This document shows, one piece after another, positions 27,863 through 32,000 of a stretch of 32,000 nt of DNA (within the stretch, counting starts at the first letter, position 1; every line of letters starts with the position of its first letter). The translations under genes were made by a program, and so were the position numbers. The stretch covers positions 4,350,001 through 4,382,000 of the forward strand of contig NC_010546.1 of assembly GCF_000017845.1 (NCBI RefSeq), written 5' to 3'. The stretch is from Crocosphaera subtropica ATCC 51142. Lineage in GTDB: Bacteria; Cyanobacteriota; Cyanobacteriia; Cyanobacteriales; Microcystaceae. The notes beneath the pieces are model-generated. The model made no database searches and had not been told where the DNA came from. It was given only the letters and a program-made list of their open reading frames with translations.

Positions 27863-28540
27863 ATGAAACCTTATTCTATTGATTTACGTCAGAAAATTAT
27901 TGAAGCTTATCAAAACCAAGAAGGTTCACAAAGACAGTTAGCTAAACGCTTTAAAGTTAGTCTTAGCTTCACTCAAAAATTATTGAAGCGATATCGCGAA
28001 ACCAACGAGATAGAACCTCGTAAGAGTGGAAAAGGATTTATTGCCAGACTAGAACAGCATACACAGGTGGTTGAGAAATTAGTTGCTGATAATAATGATA
28101 TCACTTTAGAAGAATTACAAAACTCTCTTGAATTAGAAACAGGGGTCAAACTATCTATTAGTAACATTTGTCGTTTTCTACAAAGAAAAAAACTGACTCG
28201 AAAAAAAGCGAGTCAAGCTGCAACTGAAAGAGTCCAAGGTCTTCGATTTAACTATTGGAAACAAGTCAAAAAAGTTGACATGGAAAATTTAGTATTTATT
28301 GATGAAATGGGAGCCAATCTAGCTTTAGCTCGTAGATATGCTCGTTCTCTTCAAGGGACTCGTGCCTATAGTCAACAGCCTTTTTACCCTGGACAACATT
28401 TAAGTTTAATTGGAGCGATTGCTCTTAAAGGTTTTATAGGAGGAATGACTCTAGAAGGAGGAACAAATGGTATAGCTTTTCAAGTTTTTTTAGATAAAGT
28501 TTTACTACCCCAACTTTGGCCAGGTGCTTGTGTAGTAATG
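27863..28540 (+). pseudogene. IS630-family transposase (second subfamily) interrupted and 3'-truncated
   Basis: MKPYSIDLRQKIIEAY...VFIDEMGANLA...PGACVVM is then broken by the IS982 insertion, exactly at the conserved VVMDN block. Only ~30 nt of possible continuation follow the insertion. Confidence 0.75.
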
Positions 28541-28825
28541 ACCTGAGTTCGATATAAGATAATCGGCTATAATTTAGTCACTGAAAGGATTACAGGCATT
28601 TTCGATTATTTACCAGTTCTCAATTACTGTTGATTAATGATAATGAAATGAATTAGAAACAGAATCAAGGTAAGATATTGATTCTGTGACAGAAACAAGC
28701 CAAGACTTATCCCAAGCCTTCGATTTAGCCAAACAAATTTTAAGACATAAAAAATCAGTCAGAATATCTCTAGCTAAATTTCTTTCTAAATTATATAATC
28801 TTCCTGTAAAACCAGAAGATTTACA

Positions 28826-29788
28826 ATGATAGAAATAGAAACCTTATTTTATCAAATTGATGATTTTTGTCAAGCCTTTTCTCCAATTTTTGAGTCTCAT
28901 CTTCTTCCCCATAAAGTTGTAAAAAGAAAAAGAAAATATAAATTATCTTTAAGTGAAGTAGCTACAATAGTCGTTTATTTCCATTGTTCAGGCTATCGAA
29001 ATTTTAAAGATTACTACGTTAAGTATGTCTTAAAACATTTTCAATTAGAATTTCCAAAATTAGTTAGTTATAATAGATTTGTTGAATTAATTCCATCAGT
29101 TTTAATGCCTCTTATACTGTATCTTAACACAAGAAAAGGAGAAGTAACAGGAATTAGTTTTATTGATTCTACAAGATTACCTATTTGTTCCAATAACCGA
29201 GCCACTCGGAACAAAGTTTTTGAAGGGTTAGCTAACTGGGGAAAAAGCTCAACTGGTTGGTTTTTCGGCTTTAAGTTGCATTTAATTATTAATGATAAAG
29301 CGGATGCGACCCAACCGCCGTTGTACGGCGATTGGAACGCGCACCAAGAAGGCGAACTTTTATCTTTCCAAGTAACTCCAGGTAATGTGGATGATAGAGT
29401 TCCAGTTAAAGATTTAGTTGAGGAACTTTTTGGAAAACTATATGGTGATAAAGGTTACATTTCTTCTCCTTTATTTCAGAAGCTTTTTGAGAAAGGAATC
29501 AAATTTATTACTCCTTTTAGGAAGAAAATGAAAAACCGTTTATTACCCATGATTGATAAAATCATGTTGAGGAAACGTTCTTTAATTGAAACCGTTAATG
29601 ACCAACTTAAAAATATTTCCCAAATTTCTCATTCAAGACATAGAAGTGTTTTGAACTTTATGGTTAATATCATCGCTGGTTTAATTGCTTATACACATCA
29701 AGAGAAAAAGCCATCTCTTAATCTTGATCATGAGGAATATACTTACCTTCCCAGCATGTTAACTCCTTCTGAAAGTCTCTTATTTTGA
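28826..29788 (+). CDS. IS982-family DDE transposase carrying a 17-aa in-frame insertion
   Basis: ETLFYQIDDFCQAF, FIDSTRLPICSN, GKSSTGWFFGFKLHLIIN, PGNVDDR, GDKGYIS, SLIETVNDQLKN and HSRHRS. A 47-codon upstream ORF (GTG 28686) overlaps the ATG by ATGA. Confidence 0.85.
   Translation: MIEIETLFYQIDDFCQAFSPIFESHLLPHKVVKRKRKYKLSLSEVATIVVYFHCSGYRNFKDYYVKYVLKHFQLEFPKLVSYNRFVELIPSVLMPLILYLNTRKGEVTGISFIDSTRLPICSNNRATRNKVFEGLANWGKSSTGWFFGFKLHLIINDKADATQPPLYGDWNAHQEGELLSFQVTPGNVDDRVPVKDLVEELFGKLYGDKGYISSPLFQKLFEKGIKFITPFRKKMKNRLLPMIDKIMLRKRSLIETVNDQLKNISQISHSRHRSVLNFMVNIIAGLIAYTHQEKKPSLNLDHEEYTYLPSMLTPSESLLF
29300..29350. other. GC-rich hairpin micro-insertion H3 (51 nt, in frame) in the IS982 transposase gene
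   Basis: gcggatgcgacCCAACCGCCGTtgtACGGCGATTGGaacgcgcaccaagaa encodes ADATQPPLYGDWNAHQE between IINDK and GELLSF. It is about 60 percent GC by hand count, within a ~30 percent GC gene. Confidence 0.7.
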
Positions 29789-29961
29789 AATAGTCACTTA
29801 ATCAAGTGGATTGATTTTAGCCAGTATTTGAAAATGCTAACTGGCTTGAATTATCGTGTTTATTTTTCTTAAGATGCTATTTCTTTTTTTGGAGATTTGC
29901 GGTTCTTCCTTACATCGAACTCAGGTTAATAATCTCACTTGGAAATACAACCTATGATTTC

Positions 29962-29996
29962 AAAAAAAAAACGGCAGAAGGGCGAAACTTCTACCG
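29962..29996 (-). terminator. Intrinsic terminator of clpC
   Basis: On the minus strand: CGGTAGAAG tttcgcc CTTCTGCCG followed by T10. Confidence 0.8.
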
Positions 29997-30021
29997 TTGC
30001 TTGAGGGTTAAATCTTAATAG

Positions 30022-32000
30022 TTACGAGTCAGTCGCTTTCGCTAAAACGGGTTGGGTATCACCAGAAACCACTTTAACTTTGCCGTCTTCGCCGATATCA
30101 ACGACAGCGACATCGCCTTCGCCAACTCGTCCGGAGAGAATTTCCTCTGCAAGAACATCCTCTAGAAGACGCATAATAGCACGACGTAAGGGTCTTGCAC
30201 CATAAGCAGGGTTATACCCTTCTTCTACCAAGCGTTCCTTGAATTTATCAGTAACTTGCAAGGTAATCTCTTTCTCAGTTAACCGTGCAAATACTTCTTT
30301 GAGGAGAATCTCGGAAATTTGCTTGACCTCTTCCTTATTCAACTGACGGAAGACGATAATTTCATCGAGTCGGTTGAGGAACTCAGGTCGGAAGTATTGC
30401 TTCAATTCTTCATTAACCAGGTTACGAATACGGTTGTACTGTGCCTCATTTTGGTCATCTTCAAACTCAAATCCAAGACCACCGCCACCTTTCTCAATGA
30501 CCTTAGAACCAATGTTAGAGGTCATAATCAATAAGGTATTCTTAAAGTCCACAGTACGCCCTTTAGCGTCCGTTAAACGACCGTCTTCTAAGATTTGCAG
30601 AAGCATATTGAAGACATCAGGGTGTGCTTTTTCAATTTCATCGAATAGCACAACAGTATAGGGACGACGGCGAACCGCCTCGGTCAGTTGTCCTCCTTCG
30701 TTATAGCCCACATATCCTGGAGGAGAACCAATTAACTTAGACACCGTATGGCGTTCCATGTATTCGGACATATCCAGACGAATCATGGCTTCTTCTGACC
30801 CAAAGAAATAGGTCGCCAATGCTTTGGTTAACTCAGTTTTACCAACACCAGTCGGTCCAGAGAAGACGAAACTAGCAATAGGACGGTTGGGGTTCTTTAA
30901 GCCAACCCTTGCCCGACGAATCGCTCTCGAAACCGCTTTAACCGCATCTTCTTGACCGATTAAACGTTGATGTAGGGTGTCTTCCATGTGTAGAAGTTTC
31001 TCGGATTCTGTTTCCGTCAACTTGTTCACAGGAACCCCAGTCCAAGAAGCCACAATGTGGGCGATTTCTTCGGAATCTACAAAAGGCTCGTCATTTTCTC
31101 CTTCTCCTTTTTTAGCAGAGGAAATAGAACGAATTTGCTCCTTAATATCCATTTCTTGATCTCGCAATTCTCCAGCGCGATCAAAGTCTTGGGAGCGAAC
31201 TGCGTCATCTTTTTGCTTCAAGATGGTGCGTAGTTCTTTGTCTAATTCCTTGGCGGCAGGAGGCAGTTGAGAATTGATTAAGCGTACCCGTGATCCTGCT
31301 TCGTCAATAAGATCGATCGCCTTATCAGGGAGATAACGGTCAGAAATGTAACGATCTGACAGTTTGGCCGCTGCTTCTAGAGCCTCATCTAAGATTTTCA
31401 GCTTATGATGCTGCTCGTAGCGTTCTCTGAGTCCGTAGAGAATTTCGATGGTTTCTTCTACAGAAGGTTCACCCACCATCACGGGTTGGAAACGACGTTC
31501 TAAGGCTGCATCCCGTTCGATGTGTTTACGGTATTCATCTAGGGTTGTCGCCCCAATACATTGTAATTCGCCCCGTGCTAAGGCTGGTTTGAGAATATTG
31601 GCAGCGTCGATCGCTCCTTCGGCTGCACCGGCACCGATGAGGGTATGAACTTCGTCAATAACCAGGATGACGTTTCCTGCTTGACGAATTTCGTCCATAA
31701 TCTTCTTGAGTCGTTCTTCAAATTCTCCACGGTACTTGGTTCCTGCCACCAATAGACCGATATCGAGGGTAACGACTCGTTTTTCTTCGAGGATATCAGG
31801 AATATCCTTGTTAGCGATGCGTTGGGCTAACCCTTCTGCGATCGCTGTTTTACCAACACCGGGTTCTCCGATGAGAACGGGGTTGTTTTTGGTACGACGA
31901 CCGAGAATTTGGATCACCCGTTCAATTTCTTTTTGTCGTCCCACAACGGGATCAAGTTGTCCATCTGCGGCCAACTGGGTTAAATTGGAACCGAATTCGT
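30022..32000 (-). CDS. clpC: ATP-dependent Clp protease ATP-binding subunit ClpC (C-terminal ~660 codons; N-terminus beyond window end)
   Basis: The frame stays open to the window edge (..[35 protein letters not shown]). Both AAA+ modules are present (GEPGVGKTA and GPTGVGKTE), as is the UVR-like linker. The track Met at 31974 is an internal TTG/Leu. Confidence 0.95.
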   Translation of the reverse strand, partial: EFGSNLTQLAADGQLDPVVGRQKEIERVIQILGRRTKNNPVLIGEPGVGKTAIAEGLAQRIANKDIPDILEEKRVVTLDIGLLVAGTKYRGEFEERLKKIMDEIRQAGNVILVIDEVHTLIGAGAAEGAIDAANILKPALARGELQCIGATTLDEYRKHIERDAALERRFQPVMVGEPSVEETIEILYGLRERYEQHHKLKILDEALEAAAKLSDRYISDRYLPDKAIDLIDEAGSRVRLINSQLPPAAKELDKELRTILKQKDDAVRSQDFDRAGELRDQEMDIKEQIRSISSAKKGEGENDEPFVDSEEIAHIVASWTGVPVNKLTETESEKLLHMEDTLHQRLIGQEDAVKAVSRAIRRARVGLKNPNRPIASFVFSGPTGVGKTELTKALATYFFGSEEAMIRLDMSEYMERHTVSKLIGSPPGYVGYNEGGQLTEAVRRRPYTVVLFDEIEKAHPDVFNMLLQILEDGRLTDAKGRTVDFKNTLLIMTSNIGSKVIEKGGGGLGFEFEDDQNEAQYNRIRNLVNEELKQYFRPEFLNRLDEIIVFRQLNKEEVKQISEILLKEVFARLTEKEITLQVTDKFKERLVEEGYNPAYGARPLRRAIMRLLEDVLAEEILSGRVGEGDVAVVDIGEDGKVKVVSGDTQPVLAKATDS

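Larger units (their letters stand above)
28541..29926 (+). mobile_element. IS982-family insertion sequence
   Basis: The 18-bp terminal inverted repeats are ACCTGAGTTCGATATAAG (28541-28558) and CTTACATCGAACTCAGGT (29909-29926), with one mismatch. I could not identify a clean target duplication. Confidence 0.8.

Noticed and set aside
28686-28829. 47-codon ORF upstream of, and overlapping (ATGA), the IS982 transposase start, as a possible second IS-encoded protein.
   Set aside because: It starts with GTG and has no RBS or recognisable motif. IS982 elements normally encode a single ORF whose N-terminus (ETLFYQIDDFCQ) is already complete. It is noted in the feature evidence only.

Overview
This window is 32 kb of a cyanobacterial chromosome. 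The HIP1 octamer GCGATCGC is scattered through the housekeeping genes. Gene content and AT-rich coding fit a unicellular Crocosphaera/Cyanothece-like organism, but that is inference only.

Core backbone:
- GT39-like glycosyltransferase (partial) and a yvcK-like gene
- pgk, a universal stress protein, purA and rplY (bL25)
- a prokaryotic pentameric ligand-gated ion channel
- a vapBC toxin-antitoxin pair
- the 2-oxoglutarate decarboxylase / succinic semialdehyde dehydrogenase pair (cyanobacterial TCA bypass)
- a Uma2 nuclease, an SDR oxidoreductase, an acidic conserved protein and a UbiA-like prenyltransferase
- leuS and clpC (partial)

Three HIP1-free, AT-rich accessory patches interrupt the backbone:
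1. 2.2-4.75 kb holds a decayed Uma2 gene and a translationally coupled ABC-type ATPase + small Toprim-like protein cassette. It resembles a split OLD / AbiL / PARIS module and is the best candidate for a defence system.
2. 14.4-17.0 kb holds an IS630 and an IS4-family element, both inserted into one small two-TM ORF.
3. 23.6-29.9 kb holds a solitary AIPR-like abortive-infection gene, two Rpn/PD-(D/E)xK putative-transposase paralogs with REPIN-like hairpin doublets, a hicB fragment, a decayed IS630-like element, and an IS982 element inserted into another IS630 copy.

The least expected structure is three unrelated IS elements that each carry a different 32-51 nt GC-rich perfect-hairpin micro-insertion in otherwise AT-rich DNA. 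One frameshifts an IS4 transposase at its GDREF block. One is an in-frame 17-codon insertion in the IS982 transposase.

Other signals are a dispersed GTAGGG+palindrome (REP-like) family, a recurrent GGTGGGCA..CCCACC hairpin just 3' of three genes, heptamer tandem repeats, and two unannotated mini-ORFs with good ribosome-binding sites. No tRNA, rRNA or CRISPR array was seen.
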